Below are positions 1 through 10,568 of a DNA stretch of 64,000 nucleotides, piece by piece. Position numbers and translations under genes: made by a program. Source of the DNA: Nitrosopumilus sp. (GTDB lineage: Archaea > Thermoproteota > Nitrososphaeria > Nitrososphaerales > Nitrosopumilaceae). The DNA is taken from assembly GCA_029862085.1 (NCBI GenBank), contig JAOTXZ010000005.1:3751-67750 (forward strand), in the 5' to 3' direction. Positions within the stretch are counted from its first letter, which is position 1, and every line of letters starts with the position of its first letter. The notes beneath the pieces were generated by a model. It worked only from the letters and a program-made list of their open reading frames with translations, was not told the origin of the DNA and searched no databases.

Positions 1-531
1 GAATTTGAGCCCATTATTGAAATTGTAGAAATCATAGATTGGTCAATTCAAGGGGGTTCGGCAACTCAAAAAGGTTCGTATGGTTTGATTAAATCAGATA
101 AAGGAATGGGCATGTCCTATGGATTTATCTTTATTACTGAAAAAAACTTGCATGTTGTACATACACGTAAAAAAAAAGGTTTACAAGATTTTCTTAAAAT
201 TTTAAAATTTGATGAATCAATTATTCACAAAATACTTGTGTCATCAAATTTTACCAATGACCTCAAAGAATTACTTGAAAATATTCCCATCAAAGAAATT
301 ATTGCTGCTGGTGATGCGAATTATATAATTCCAAGAAACCGCATTGATCAGATACAAGTATCTTCTAAATTTAGCAGATGGCGGACAAATAGATTAACAG
401 TTTTAATTGATGGTGATAAACTTAACCGTTTTGCATTCAGTTTTCTTCATGGTGGTAGAAATAAAGAAAAATATAACACCATGAGGGATTCCTTCCAAGA
501 AATCTTTTCAGAAAAACTAATACTAAAATAA
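1..531 (+). CDS. hypothetical protein, 5'-truncated by window edge
   Basis: The frame of ORF 85..531 is open back to base 1 (GAA TTT GAG CCC...); no recognisable motif. Confidence 0.6.
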   Translation, partial: EFEPIIEIVEIIDWSIQGGSATQKGSYGLIKSDKGMGMSYGFIFITEKNLHVVHTRKKKGLQDFLKILKFDESIIHKILVSSNFTNDLKELLENIPIKEIIAAGDANYIIPRNRIDQIQVSSKFSRWRTNRLTVLIDGDKLNRFAFSFLHGGRNKEKYNTMRDSFQEIFSEKLILK

Positions 532-700
532 ATCTTAATCTCCTTCCAGAAATAAAATAAAAATGCTTATCAAATCATACTTTTAAAGAAATTTAACACA
601 CAACCAAAATAAAGAAAGAGTTAATTTTCATAAAATCGTCTAATAAGAATTTTCCACAAATCAACTCTTCATTATAATGTGGATTAGGGTGACTTTTTGT

Positions 701-820
701 GCGTAGAAAGGGGGGATACTATTTTTACTGACAGTCGATAAGCTCGTTAACACTTCAAAATTTTTAATAGAATGTTTCTCCTACTACCAGTATGAACCCA
801 TTTTATAAACAAAATGGGGA
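701..820 (+). repeat. dispersed intergenic repeat, copy 1 (35-bp core 719-753 plus 8-6-8 hairpin 797-818)
   Basis: CTATTTTTACTGACAGTCGATAAGCTCGTTAACAC is 32/35 identical to the reverse complement of 32307-32341; CCCATTTT-ataaac-AAAATGGG hairpin follows. Confidence 0.8.
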
Positions 821-876
821 TGAGGAATTAACATACATTGATCGCAGTAGGTCATTCTTTTAAAAAATATTAGTAA

Positions 877-1206
877 TTGAATTTGTTTAAAAATATGGAT
901 TTTCATCCAAAAGATTTACCAATTTTTAAAACATATGAGCTAAAAGATGAAAAAGATGCCTCCGATGCAGTTGATGACATGGTAAATCTTGGTTTTGCTA
1001 ACCGAAAAGAGGGATTCAAAGTTTTGATGCCCAAAGAAACTAAACTTGCCAAAAGAATCGGGTATTCAGTTACAACTGGAGTAAATTATGAATTAAGGAA
1101 AAAAAATGAGGTTCGAGATATAAAATATTGGACGTATCATCATGATTCTGATCATTTTGCAATAATTTTGATCAGCAATAAAGTTCTTGAGGAGTTAGGT
1201 TTTTGA
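877..1206 (+). CDS. hypothetical protein
   Basis: 109-aa ORF with ordinary composition, convergent with the PAP2 gene. Confidence 0.7.
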   Translation: MNLFKNMDFHPKDLPIFKTYELKDEKDASDAVDDMVNLGFANRKEGFKVLMPKETKLAKRIGYSVTTGVNYELRKKNEVRDIKYWTYHHDSDHFAIILISNKVLEELGF

Positions 1207-1863
1207 TTTATCAAAAAATTTATACAATTTTGTCCTATGAGCAAGAACTCCGGTTAACATGATCCCTAAAACCGCTCCACCAAATACATCCATTGGAAAG
1301 TGCTGCAAAACATAGACTCTGCTAATTGACACCAAAATAGGGTAAGCAAATAACAGATAGCATCCACGTGGAAATCGCTCAGATAGAACAAATGCTAGCA
1401 CAATTCCAAAAACAACTGAACGTGCAGCATGTCCAGATGGGAAGGATGCATTTACCCCACCCTCACAGAACAAGGCAAATGTATCACGGCTAATTTCTAC
1501 AGGAAAAATGACTCCCTCATAATCAAATTCAGGCCTGTCTCTATCTACGCCACATTTTATGTAGCCTGTAAGTAATGTGGAAAGAACAATTAGAATCATT
1601 AGAGTGATTCCAATTCTCCTGGTTTTTTTAATAATTAGAGTGATTATTCCAAATCCAAGCATGTAAAATGAATCACCACTTTCAGTTATTGATTGCATTA
1701 TGATGTCTAATCCTGGATGTCCCACATGCTCTGAGACAAAAGAGATTACACCTTGATCAAAGCTTTCAGTAATTTCAAAATACACTAATGCCAAAATAAT
1801 CAAAAATAAAATTAACAGAAAAATAAAGGAACGTGACCTTAATTCAAAAATCCAATTTTGCAA
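1195..1863 (-). CDS. PAP2-family membrane phosphatase
   Basis: K-x6-RP (KCGVDRDRP), SFPSGH and SRVYVLQHFPMDV motifs; multiple TM segments. Confidence 0.9.
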   Translation of the reverse strand: MQNWIFELRSRSFIFLLILFLIILALVYFEITESFDQGVISFVSEHVGHPGLDIIMQSITESGDSFYMLGFGIITLIIKKTRRIGITLMILIVLSTLLTGYIKCGVDRDRPEFDYEGVIFPVEISRDTFALFCEGGVNASFPSGHAARSVVFGIVLAFVLSERFPRGCYLLFAYPILVSISRVYVLQHFPMDVFGGAVLGIMLTGVLAHRTKLYKFFDKSKT

Positions 1864-1950
1864 TTAGTTTAACCCCTTACGCACCATTTTTAATTTTACC
1901 TAGATGAAATAAAGTTTGAAATTTATTTTTCATGTCAAAGTAAACTGCCC

Positions 1951-3204
1951 ATGTCTGATCGGCTCAAAGAATTTAACCAAGGAGACAATAGAGAGATCGT
2001 GAAGGTCCTCACACTAGATGATTTTGATCTTAAAGATAAAACAGTTTTTCTAAGAGTCGACATGAACTGTCCGATAGATCCTGATACCATGGAAATTTCA
2101 GGAACTAAACGAATTGAAGAGGCTATTGAAACAATTCAATCGTTAGAGAAGTCAAAAGTAGTAGTGGCATCTCACCAAGGAAGAGTTGGAAACAAGGATT
2201 ATACAGGCATGGACAAACATGCAAAGGTTCTTGAAAAATTATTGAATAAAAAAGTAAAGTATGTTGAAGATGTGATTGGAAGTGCAGCACAAAATGAAAT
2301 TAAAAATTTGAAAAATGGAGAAGTACTGCTTTTAGATAATCTACGTTTGTGTGCTGAAGAAAACTATGAGTTCTCACCAGAAGATGCAGCGAATACTATC
2401 ATGGTAAGAAGGTTGTCAAAACTCTTTGACCTATGTGTTTTGGATTCATTTCCTAGTGCACACAGATCACACCCATCAATTGTTGGATTTCCACAAGTGC
2501 TCCCTGCATGCGCAGGACGTATCGTTGAAAGAGAGGTTAGAAACCTTGATGAAATAATGACAGTTGCAAAGGCACCTCATGTTATCGTTTTAGGTGGTTC
2601 CAAGGTTCCTGATCGGCTGGAGGCAATCAAGTTGTTGATTCAAAATGGACGGGCAGATCATGTGTTACTTACAGGAATAATTGGAAATGTGTTTATGCGT
2701 GCTCAGGCTAGAATCAAATTTCCATTAGGCATCAAAAGAGAGGAAGAGGTGGTGGCAAAGGCTCACTCCCTAATAGGAGAATATCCAGATGTTTTCTCAA
2801 CTCCAGTAGATATTGCAATTGATAAAGATGGGGAACGAATCGAGATGGATGTAAGAGAGATTTCAAAGGGTGATAAAATTTATGATCTTGGTCCAAAGAC
2901 GGTTGATTTCTATTCAAAATTAATTGCAGGTGCAGGAACTGTTTTCATTAGTGGTCCGGCAGGATTTTTTGAAAAGAAAAATTTTACCTATGGAACAAAA
3001 GGAATGCTAGAGGCGGTTGCAAATTCAATGGCAACAACCATAGTTAGTGGCGGTCATTTAACATCAGTTCTAAAGAGCCAAGGTCTTGGAGAAAAAATCA
3101 ATCACATCAGCACCGCAGGAGGCGCACTAGTTCTATATCTTACAGGTGAAAAACTTCCAATGATGCAAGCATTAGAGGAAGCTGCAAAAAAGCACAACCG
3201 CTAA
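1951..3204 (+). CDS. pgk: phosphoglycerate kinase
   Basis: RVDMNCP, SHQGR, AHRSHPS, LGGSKV, ISTAGGA motifs of archaeal PGK. Confidence 0.96.
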   Translation: MSDRLKEFNQGDNREIVKVLTLDDFDLKDKTVFLRVDMNCPIDPDTMEISGTKRIEEAIETIQSLEKSKVVVASHQGRVGNKDYTGMDKHAKVLEKLLNKKVKYVEDVIGSAAQNEIKNLKNGEVLLLDNLRLCAEENYEFSPEDAANTIMVRRLSKLFDLCVLDSFPSAHRSHPSIVGFPQVLPACAGRIVEREVRNLDEIMTVAKAPHVIVLGGSKVPDRLEAIKLLIQNGRADHVLLTGIIGNVFMRAQARIKFPLGIKREEEVVAKAHSLIGEYPDVFSTPVDIAIDKDGERIEMDVREISKGDKIYDLGPKTVDFYSKLIAGAGTVFISGPAGFFEKKNFTYGTKGMLEAVANSMATTIVSGGHLTSVLKSQGLGEKINHISTAGGALVLYLTGEKLPMMQALEEAAKKHNR

Positions 3205-3548
3205 AGTGCTGACTTACAGGTGGGATTGGGGCATTCTTGTTTTTCTGATTCCCCAAGATAGATTTCTTGATCACAAGAATTGCATTGGTGTTTTTTAACA
3301 GGATCAAACAGCTTTAGCCATATAGTGGTAAAGTTTTGTGCAATATTTCTTGCAAGACCAGAATCACAAATTTCTTTGATAAAAGGTTCCAAATCATCAA
3401 TTATCCACGAAGAATCAAAATCTTTACTTTGCTTTATCACTTCAAATATTTCATCATTTGTAAATTTCGAGTCTACATCATTGTATTTCTCAAAAATTAT
3501 TTTTCTGATTTGTAATTCGATAGGAATAGAGGGAGTAAATTCATTCAT
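3201..3548 (-). CDS. hypothetical protein with C-terminal zinc ribbon
   Basis: CNSC...CPNPTC; last gene of the suf-strand run. Confidence 0.75.
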   Translation of the reverse strand: MNEFTPSIPIELQIRKIIFEKYNDVDSKFTNDEIFEVIKQSKDFDSSWIIDDLEPFIKEICDSGLARNIAQNFTTIWLKLFDPVKKHQCNSCDQEIYLGESEKQECPNPTCKSAL

Positions 3549-3551
3549 GTA

Positions 3552-3992
3552 CTAGTATAAGCTTGCTGCCTCTTCTTTTAACTTATCTACATCGTCTGAA
3601 TTTTTAAGATGTTTTCCAAGATAAGAGTAAAGAGCAGATTTTAGAACTTTAAGGGAGAGTAGAGCACATTTTATTCTAACTGCCTGTAAATGTTCAAGGC
3701 CAAGTTCTCCTAAAACATCATTTTTTGAAATGTTTCTAACCTCATCGATGTTTTTCCCCTTGGCAATTTCAGTCAAAACAGATGAACACGCCATACATAT
3801 TGCACAACCCTTACCATGAAATTTAATATCAGATATTTTGTCATTATCAATTTTCATGTCAATGTCAATGCTATCACCACATAATGGATTAGAGTCATGA
3901 AAGGTGACATCATGATCCTCAATTTTTCCATAATTGATTGGGTTTCTGGAATAATCAACTATCATTTCATGATAAATGTCTGCGTTACTCAT
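3552..3992 (-). CDS. sufU: SufU/IscU-type Fe-S scaffold / sulfur-transfer protein
   Basis: NPLCGD, GCAIC, RIKCA; overlaps sufS stop. Confidence 0.9.
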   Translation of the reverse strand: MSNADIYHEMIVDYSRNPINYGKIEDHDVTFHDSNPLCGDSIDIDMKIDNDKISDIKFHGKGCAICMACSSVLTEIAKGKNIDEVRNISKNDVLGELGLEHLQAVRIKCALLSLKVLKSALYSYLGKHLKNSDDVDKLKEEAASLY

Positions 3993-5233
3993 AATTTGAA
4001 CACCTTTGCTACTTTATTTAATGAATTGATTAATTTATCAATTTCCTCTTTAGTGTTGTAAATGTAAAAGCTAGCCCTTGATGTTGCTGCCACATTTAGT
4101 CTTTCCATTAGTACTTGAGCACAATGATGACCTGATCTTACTGCGATTCCCTCTTCATCAATAATTTGTGCCACGTCATGTGGATGAACATCTGCAAAAT
4201 TAAATGAAATTACTCCACCACGTTTTGAAATATCTTTTGTTCCATAGATATGCAGTCCCTTTACATTGGCTAATTTCTCTATGGCATAAGAGGTCAAGTC
4301 AATTTCGTGTTCTCTAATGTTATCCATTCCAATTTTTGAAAGATAATCAATTGCAGCACCTAAACCTACTACATCGGCAATGTTTGGAGTTCCCGCCTCA
4401 AACTTGTAAGGCAAATCATTCCAAGTTGTTTCATATTTGTGAACTTCTCTAATCATATCACCGCCTCCATGAAAAGGATTCATTGTTTCCAAAATGGATT
4501 TTCTAGTCCATAAAATTCCGATACCAGTTGGTCCTAGCATTTTATGACCAGAGAATGCAAAAAAGTCACATCCTAATTTTTCAACATCTACTTTCATGTG
4601 AGGTACTGCCTGGGCACCATCAATAAGGGTCAAAACCCCCGCAGCTTTGCATTTTGAGATAATTGTCTCTGCATCAGAGATAGTCCCTAAAACATTAGAC
4701 ATCTGGCTAAATGTTACTAGTTTTACTTTGCCTGTGGCAAGATATTTGTCAAGGTCATCTAAGATTAATTCTCCATTGTCGTCCATTCCAATGTATTCTA
4801 GTCTGGCACCTTTTTCTTGTGTCAATAATTGCCAAGGAACAATATTGCTATGATGCTCATATTCGGTGGTAACTATAATGTCTCCTTCCTTCACATGTTT
4901 CCTTCCCCAAGCATATGCAACTAGATTTATGGCTTCAGTAGTACCTCTAACAAAAATAATTTCATTCCTGTTTTTGATATTGATGAAATTTGCAACCTTA
5001 TCTCTTGTACCCTCGTAAAGTTCAGTTGCCTCTTCTGCCAATGCATAAACCGCTCTGTGAATGTTAGCGTTGTGATTTCGATAATAATCATTTATTGCAT
5101 CAATTACCTGGTTTGGTTTTTGTGTTGTTGATGCATTATCCAAATAAACAAGAGCCTTATTTTCCCGAACAGTTCGTTCTAAAATTGGAAAGTCTTTTCT
5201 AATATTTTCAAAAGATGTTTGGGCACTTTGCAT
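3989..5233 (-). CDS. sufS: cysteine desulfurase, SufS type
   Basis: YLDNASTTQKP, EHHSN, SGHKMLGPTG, RSGHHCA. Confidence 0.96.
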   Translation of the reverse strand: MQSAQTSFENIRKDFPILERTVRENKALVYLDNASTTQKPNQVIDAINDYYRNHNANIHRAVYALAEEATELYEGTRDKVANFINIKNRNEIIFVRGTTEAINLVAYAWGRKHVKEGDIIVTTEYEHHSNIVPWQLLTQEKGARLEYIGMDDNGELILDDLDKYLATGKVKLVTFSQMSNVLGTISDAETIISKCKAAGVLTLIDGAQAVPHMKVDVEKLGCDFFAFSGHKMLGPTGIGILWTRKSILETMNPFHGGGDMIREVHKYETTWNDLPYKFEAGTPNIADVVGLGAAIDYLSKIGMDNIREHEIDLTSYAIEKLANVKGLHIYGTKDISKRGGVISFNFADVHPHDVAQIIDEEGIAVRSGHHCAQVLMERLNVAATSRASFYIYNTKEEIDKLINSLNKVAKVFKL

Positions 5234-5236
5234 TAT

Positions 5237-5554
5237 CTAAACCTCCACGTAGATCTCATTTTGATCTATTTTGACATTGTATGTTTTTAGTGGATTTTCT
5301 GCTGGAAGATTTTGGGGTTTTCCATCTTGTAAATTAAAAACAGAAAGGTGTAACGGACACCTTACACCCTCTTCACTTAGAAATCCCGTTGACAAATCAG
5401 CCTCAGCATGGGTGCAGATTAAGTCTGTAGCAAAAATTTTTCCTTTTTGATTTGCCAAAAGAATTTTTTTCTCATCATTTTGAAACCCAAACAGCTGTCC
5501 TTCTTTTATTTGCTCTAAATTACATGCTTTAATCCATTGAGGCATCTTGATCAC
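5237..5554 (-). CDS. Rieske-type [2Fe-2S] ferredoxin
   Basis: CTH and CPLH Rieske ligand boxes; inside the suf operon. Confidence 0.9.
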   Translation of the reverse strand: MIKMPQWIKACNLEQIKEGQLFGFQNDEKKILLANQKGKIFATDLICTHAEADLSTGFLSEEGVRCPLHLSVFNLQDGKPQNLPAENPLKTYNVKIDQNEIYVEV

Positions 5555-6948
5555 CTGTACTTGTAGTGTTGCTCAATCTCTGCATCTTCGTTGTATCTAG
5601 TCTCCTCTATTTCAACAAATTTTGCAAGTTCTTCATCGGTGTTAATTGTTAGTTCTTTGTCATCCCATTTAGATTCAATAAGATAGGCAATCCATGCTCT
5701 AATTTGAAAAGACATTTTCCTTGATAATGGTTCTAAAAATCCTTCTACAATTGTTCGTTCTGCTTCTTCATGGCTTAGGCATCGTGTTTTTAGATAGAAT
5801 ATTTGCTCTTCATCAATCTGTGCTACTGAAGCAGAGTGAGTTGCCTTTACATCGTTGGTAAAAATTTCTAACCCAGGAATGGCATCTGATTTTGCATCTT
5901 TGTCCAAAAGAATAGAGCGGCCGGATAAAAATGAGTTTGATTTGGCTGCATTTTCTTTAATTCTAATCATTCCTTTGAATAAAGATTTTGATTTGTTTCT
6001 AAGAATAGATTTTTCAACTACTCTTGCTTCTGTCGAAGGAGCCTCATGGTTTACATCTGTTTGAATATCAAAGGATTGTTCTTTGTTTCCAAAGATTACT
6101 TCAGAATCATTTACCGAAGCACCCGTACCATTAAGATAGTAGCCTATTTGGAATCTAGATAAAACAGAGCCAAACAGTCCAGAATACCAGTTTACCTTGG
6201 CATCTTGTCCAATATCTGTTCTTTTAGTGGAGAAAGCAACTGAGCTTTGATCCATCAGCTGTAGGGTGGTTACATCAAGGTGGGAATTTGGTGCCGCATT
6301 TGTGTTAAACAATTCAAGATATGCTTGTTGATTTTCTGATTTTGTAGAATAGAGTTCTTGAACAATAATTCCCTTGCTGTTCTCATCTGCAAAGACAATG
6401 TTTCTAGAAATTATAGATATGCCATCATCAGATAAACAAGTTAGAACATGTATTGGTTTTTCTAAAACTAGATTTTTTGGGATATGAATAAAAATTCCTG
6501 AATTAAAGGCTGCATTGTTTAATGCAGTAAATTTATCATTTTTAGAGTTTGAGACTTCAAGTGATTTTTTTACAAGTTCAGAGTTATTTTTTATTGCATC
6601 TTCAATTGATGAAATTACAAGACCCTTTGTTTTTAATTCATCTGGTAAGTTGATTTTGTGAATATGAGTTCCTATTTGTATAATACAGGTTTCATTGTCC
6701 AATTCCCCCAATCTTTTTTCCAGAAAACTTGGCACGGTATCAGTTGTTGATACTGAAAGGGAAACTTGTTGGGGATCCATTTTTTTAGCGTCAGTATATT
6801 TGTTGTAAAGAGGAGATGTCTCAATTGGAAGATTTTCATAAACCGATAAAGAGTTTCTTCGATATTCCTTTAACCAATCTGGTTCGTTTTTAGAGGAAGA
6901 TATTTGATCAATGTGTCCTAGACTAATCGTCGAAAGTGTTTGAGACAT
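5551..6948 (-). CDS. sufD: Fe-S cluster assembly protein SufD
   Basis: FTALNNA, PGLEIFTNDVKATHSASV, EQIFYL; paralogue next to sufB. Confidence 0.93.
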   Translation of the reverse strand: MSQTLSTISLGHIDQISSSKNEPDWLKEYRRNSLSVYENLPIETSPLYNKYTDAKKMDPQQVSLSVSTTDTVPSFLEKRLGELDNETCIIQIGTHIHKINLPDELKTKGLVISSIEDAIKNNSELVKKSLEVSNSKNDKFTALNNAAFNSGIFIHIPKNLVLEKPIHVLTCLSDDGISIISRNIVFADENSKGIIVQELYSTKSENQQAYLELFNTNAAPNSHLDVTTLQLMDQSSVAFSTKRTDIGQDAKVNWYSGLFGSVLSRFQIGYYLNGTGASVNDSEVIFGNKEQSFDIQTDVNHEAPSTEARVVEKSILRNKSKSLFKGMIRIKENAAKSNSFLSGRSILLDKDAKSDAIPGLEIFTNDVKATHSASVAQIDEEQIFYLKTRCLSHEEAERTIVEGFLEPLSRKMSFQIRAWIAYLIESKWDDKELTINTDEELAKFVEIEETRYNEDAEIEQHYKYR

Positions 6949-6966
6949 GGCTATTCATTTTAAAAT

Positions 6967-8367
6967 CTATCCGACAGAATCATCCATCTCTATTTTGATG
7001 AGTCGGTTTAGTTCTACTGCGTACTCCATTGGTAATTCTTTTGTAAAAGGTTCCATGAATCCATTCACAATTAAAGAAAGGGCTTCTTCTTCTGAAAAGC
7101 CTCTACTCATGAGATAAAAGATTTGTTCATCGCCAATTTTTCCTACAGTTGCTTCATGGGTAATGGTTGCATCTTCTTGATTAATTTCCATGTATGGATA
7201 CGTGTCAGTCTTTGAAGTATCATCTAGTAGCAAGGCGTCACACCTTACTGTTGCTTTTACATTAGTAGCTCCCTTTGCAACATTTAGTAATCCTCTGTAC
7301 GTTGATCGTCCATCAAGTCTGCTTACAGATTTCGAGGTAATTTTAGAGGTAGTGTTTGGTGCAAGATGAACCATTTTAGCACCAGTATCTTGGTGTTGCC
7401 CTTTTCCTGCAAATGCAATTGATAGTGTCTCACCATATGCACGTTCACCCATCAAATAGATTCCAGGATACTTCATGGTAAGTTTACTTCCAATGTTTCC
7501 ATCAATCCATTCAACTGTTGCTCCTTCATATGCATAAGCACGTTTTGTAACAAGATTGTAAACATCACTACTCCAGTTTTGGATAGTAGTGTATCGAAGT
7601 TTTGCATCTTTATGTGCAACTAGTTCAACAACTGCGGAGTGTAGGGATTCAGATGAATAAACAGGAGCAGTACAGCCCTCAATATAATGAACTTCAGAGC
7701 CTTCGTCAGCAATAATCAATGTTCTTTCAAACTGTCCAATGTTTTCTGCGTTAATTCTAAAGTATGCTTGAAGAGGCATGTCTACTTTGACACCAGGTGG
7801 AATGTAAATGAAAGAACCACCACTCCATACTGCACTGTTTAATGCAGCAAATTTGTTATCCTCTGGAGGAATAATTTTACCGAAATATTTTTTGAAAATT
7901 TCTGGTTGTTCTTTGAGTGCAGCATCAGTATCTAAAAACATGACACCTTGTTTTGCTAAATCTTCTCTTAAACTATGATAAACTACTTCTGATTCATATT
8001 GTGCACCAACACCGGCAAGAAATTTCTTTTCAGCTTCTGGAATACCTAGCTTGTCAAATGTGGCTTTTACATCTGAAGGCACATCATCCCAGTTCTTTTC
8101 AGTTTTTTCAGTTGCCTTTGCATAATAAAAGATATTTTGAAAATCAATTACACTAAGGTCTCCACCCCAAGTTGGCATTGGTTTTTTCATAAAAATCTCA
8201 AAGGATCGTAGTCTAAAATCAAGCATCCATTGTGGCTCATCTTTCATTTTGCTAATGGCAATTACAGTCTCCTTGGAGAGTCCTTTTTTACTGAGATGTA
8301 CATACATGTCAGTTGAATCTTTAAAATCATATTTTGAATAATCCATGTCAAGATTTTCAGTAGCCAT
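6967..8367 (-). CDS. sufB: Fe-S cluster assembly protein SufB
   Basis: [34 protein letters not shown]. Confidence 0.97.
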   Translation of the reverse strand: MATENLDMDYSKYDFKDSTDMYVHLSKKGLSKETVIAISKMKDEPQWMLDFRLRSFEIFMKKPMPTWGGDLSVIDFQNIFYYAKATEKTEKNWDDVPSDVKATFDKLGIPEAEKKFLAGVGAQYESEVVYHSLREDLAKQGVMFLDTDAALKEQPEIFKKYFGKIIPPEDNKFAALNSAVWSGGSFIYIPPGVKVDMPLQAYFRINAENIGQFERTLIIADEGSEVHYIEGCTAPVYSSESLHSAVVELVAHKDAKLRYTTIQNWSSDVYNLVTKRAYAYEGATVEWIDGNIGSKLTMKYPGIYLMGERAYGETLSIAFAGKGQHQDTGAKMVHLAPNTTSKITSKSVSRLDGRSTYRGLLNVAKGATNVKATVRCDALLLDDTSKTDTYPYMEINQEDATITHEATVGKIGDEQIFYLMSRGFSEEEALSLIVNGFMEPFTKELPMEYAVELNRLIKIEMDDSVG

Positions 8368-8408
8368 GAAGAAAATAACCCCGTTATATTATAAATACAT
8401 GAGCAAAA

Positions 8409-8452
8409 ATAGGTGCAGCTAAATAGGCGAAGCTAAACTTTAGAGTTTAGCT
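8409..8452. promoter_or_regulatory. putative DtxR-family operator array upstream of sufB
   Basis: Tandem 14-mers ATAGGTGCAGCTAA (8409-22) and ATAGGCGAAGCTAA (8423-36) plus inverted repeat AGCTAAACT-n4-AGTTTAGCT (8431-52), just upstream of the minus-strand TATA (8388-95). Confidence 0.5.
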
Positions 8453-8471
8453 AATCTAACTTAGTTTTGAA

Positions 8472-8717
8472 TCACTTTTTTGTCTTCTCATAATCCTTTG
8501 AAGTCATGAAGGGTGTGGCATGCTCTACCTGAAGATAACAAGCTACATCTTCTCCATTATACCAATTTTTATTATTGCCATCTAAATGCAAGTTACAGAA
8601 TTGACAATTGTAAGAAAAGTAGGTTAATGTATTATCATCCACATCAGGACCATCATCAATTTCATAGAATTCTCTATTGATTTTACATTTAGGGCAAAAC
8701 ATTTCCATTTTTAACAT
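8472..8717 (-). CDS. small zinc-ribbon protein
   Basis: CPKC...CQFC. Confidence 0.6.
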   Translation of the reverse strand: MLKMEMFCPKCKINREFYEIDDGPDVDDNTLTYFSYNCQFCNLHLDGNNKNWYNGEDVACYLQVEHATPFMTSKDYEKTKK

Positions 8718-8786
8718 TTTTTTTATTTAGAATCGAAATAAGAGCCTTTAGAGAAGAATAAGTAGGATAAAAAATTTAAAGAAATT

Positions 8787-9728
8787 TTAAAGTTTTGGTA
8801 TTACTCTGGTGTATTTTGATGACATTAAAACAACAGCTGATATTGCAACAAACATTACAACTATAGCCACTGTTCCAAATTCAGGAACGACATTGAAAAT
8901 CAAAATTTCTCCCTGAGGTCCACTCCAATTACTTTCTTCATCTGGAAGTCCAAACCCTAACATAGTTACTTTAATGTCAACTTGATCAGACGACCGTAAT
9001 GGTGGAGTTAAGTAGATTGAAGTTCCTTCATGAGCATGTTCTCCAAAAACTGAAAGAATTTCCAGATCATTTTGCGTAATTACAAGGTCATAGTTTGCGT
9101 GTTCTTTCACACTTCCATCGTTTGAATCTCTAAATTTAATTTCAAGAGACATTTTCTCATCAGAAATAGGATTACTAGCTGTAATTTCTGCACGGATGGT
9201 GCCATCTGCAGAAATTCCTGAAACGGTGGTTTCCTCTTCTGATGGAGCCCTTACAACAAGTGTTCCGGGCGCATATTCTGACTCTTCAGATCCTATACCC
9301 TTGGATTCAAATTCTGCAGGCTCTGCCTCTTCAACTCCTTGAACAAGCACAATTCCTTCCATCCATGGATGAACAATACAAAAGTATGGAAATACACCTT
9401 TGGCTTCAAATGTATGTGAGAAGGTTGTCCCTGCCATAAACAAGCTAGAATCAAAAACTCCGGAGGGTCCAACTGCTGCACTTCCAGCAGTAACAGTGTG
9501 AGCTGCCGAGTCATCGTTTGACCATGTAACCTCGCCGCCTATATCAACTGTTACCTCAGAAGGTATGAAACATTCGTTTGTTGTCTCACATCCTGTAATC
9601 GATGTTCCTTGTGGAAGACTTACAGCAGCAGTAGAATGATCTGCAAATACAGGACCTGGAATCATGCTAACTACAATAGCAAATAATACAAAGAGGGAAT
9701 TAATCATAATTTTCTTTGAGATATTCAT
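8787..9728 (-). CDS. secreted plastocyanin/azurin-family blue copper protein with PEFG-CTERM anchor
   Basis: Signal peptide; HTVT...YFCIVHPWM type-1 Cu ligands; C-terminal VPEFG + TM + basic tail. Confidence 0.92.
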   Translation of the reverse strand: MNISKKIMINSLFVLFAIVVSMIPGPVFADHSTAAVSLPQGTSITGCETTNECFIPSEVTVDIGGEVTWSNDDSAAHTVTAGSAAVGPSGVFDSSLFMAGTTFSHTFEAKGVFPYFCIVHPWMEGIVLVQGVEEAEPAEFESKGIGSEESEYAPGTLVVRAPSEEETTVSGISADGTIRAEITASNPISDEKMSLEIKFRDSNDGSVKEHANYDLVITQNDLEILSVFGEHAHEGTSIYLTPPLRSSDQVDIKVTMLGFGLPDEESNWSGPQGEILIFNVVPEFGTVAIVVMFVAISAVVLMSSKYTRVIPKL

Positions 9729-9770
9729 TGTACAAAATAGAATTAGGGTTAATAAAAGATTGTTGGGAGA

Positions 9771-10568
9771 CTAGTGCACCAAAGTTTCTTTGATTGTTTC
9801 AAAGGATCCAAGAACAGTATGTACTTCTGATATTGTATTTTTCACCTTGAAATTTTTCAGTTCGTCTGCAGTAAAGGGTCCAATTGCAACGATTGAAGAT
9901 TTTTGTAATTTCTCTATTAATGAGTTTCCAGAATAATCTTTAGACATTATCTCAAAAAATGCTCTAACTGATGATGCACTTGTAAAAACAATCCCATCAA
10001 TTTTATTTTGGGAAAAAATTTCTCTAAATTCATTCCATTGAGTTGTGTCTCTAAATGCACATACGTCATATAGATGAATTTCCTTTACATCAATTCCAAT
10101 TTTGTTCAAAAGTTCTTTCAAAAAAGGAGTAGAGGCGCCACTTCTGGGCACTATCACTTTTTTTCCAACTGCATGTAATTTGGTAAATAATTCCCCCACA
10201 CCTACTGAAGAAAAGGTGTTTGGAACATACGCAACTTTGATTCCTTCTTGTTCCAGTGCAGTTTTTGTTTTAGGACCTACTGCCATTACTATTGTATTGG
10301 CAACTGCAAGCTGTAGTTGATCAAATTTTGAAACTTTTCTAGCAGTATCAAAAAGAAGTTTTACTGCTTTTGAGCTCATAAAAACAGAATAATCAGGATC
10401 ATAGTGCTTTACCGAATTGAGAAATTCATCGACTATTTTTTCCCCTTTACTTACCAGCTCAATTGTAGGCAATGGAAGTGGTTTTGCATTATTTTTTGTA
10501 GCCAAGTCAATAAATTCAGAAGAGTCTTCTTTTGATCTAGTAATTGCTATTATTTTTCCTTCAAGCAT
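9771..10568 (-). CDS. hemD: uroporphyrinogen-III synthase
   Basis: IAITRS, AVGPKT, FTSASSV, AIGPFTA; last gene of the tetrapyrrole operon. Confidence 0.9.
   Translation of the reverse strand: MLEGKIIAITRSKEDSSEFIDLATKNNAKPLPLPTIELVSKGEKIVDEFLNSVKHYDPDYSVFMSSKAVKLLFDTARKVSKFDQLQLAVANTIVMAVGPKTKTALEQEGIKVAYVPNTFSSVGVGELFTKLHAVGKKVIVPRSGASTPFLKELLNKIGIDVKEIHLYDVCAFRDTTQWNEFREIFSQNKIDGIVFTSASSVRAFFEIMSKDYSGNSLIEKLQKSSIVAIGPFTADELKNFKVKNTISEVHTVLGSFETIKETLVH

Noticed and set aside
539..556. CTCCTTCCAGAAAT-like pyrimidine/A motif after several stop codons (also 29912, 32092, 35505)
   Set aside because: Too short and degenerate in an AT-rich background to support without statistics
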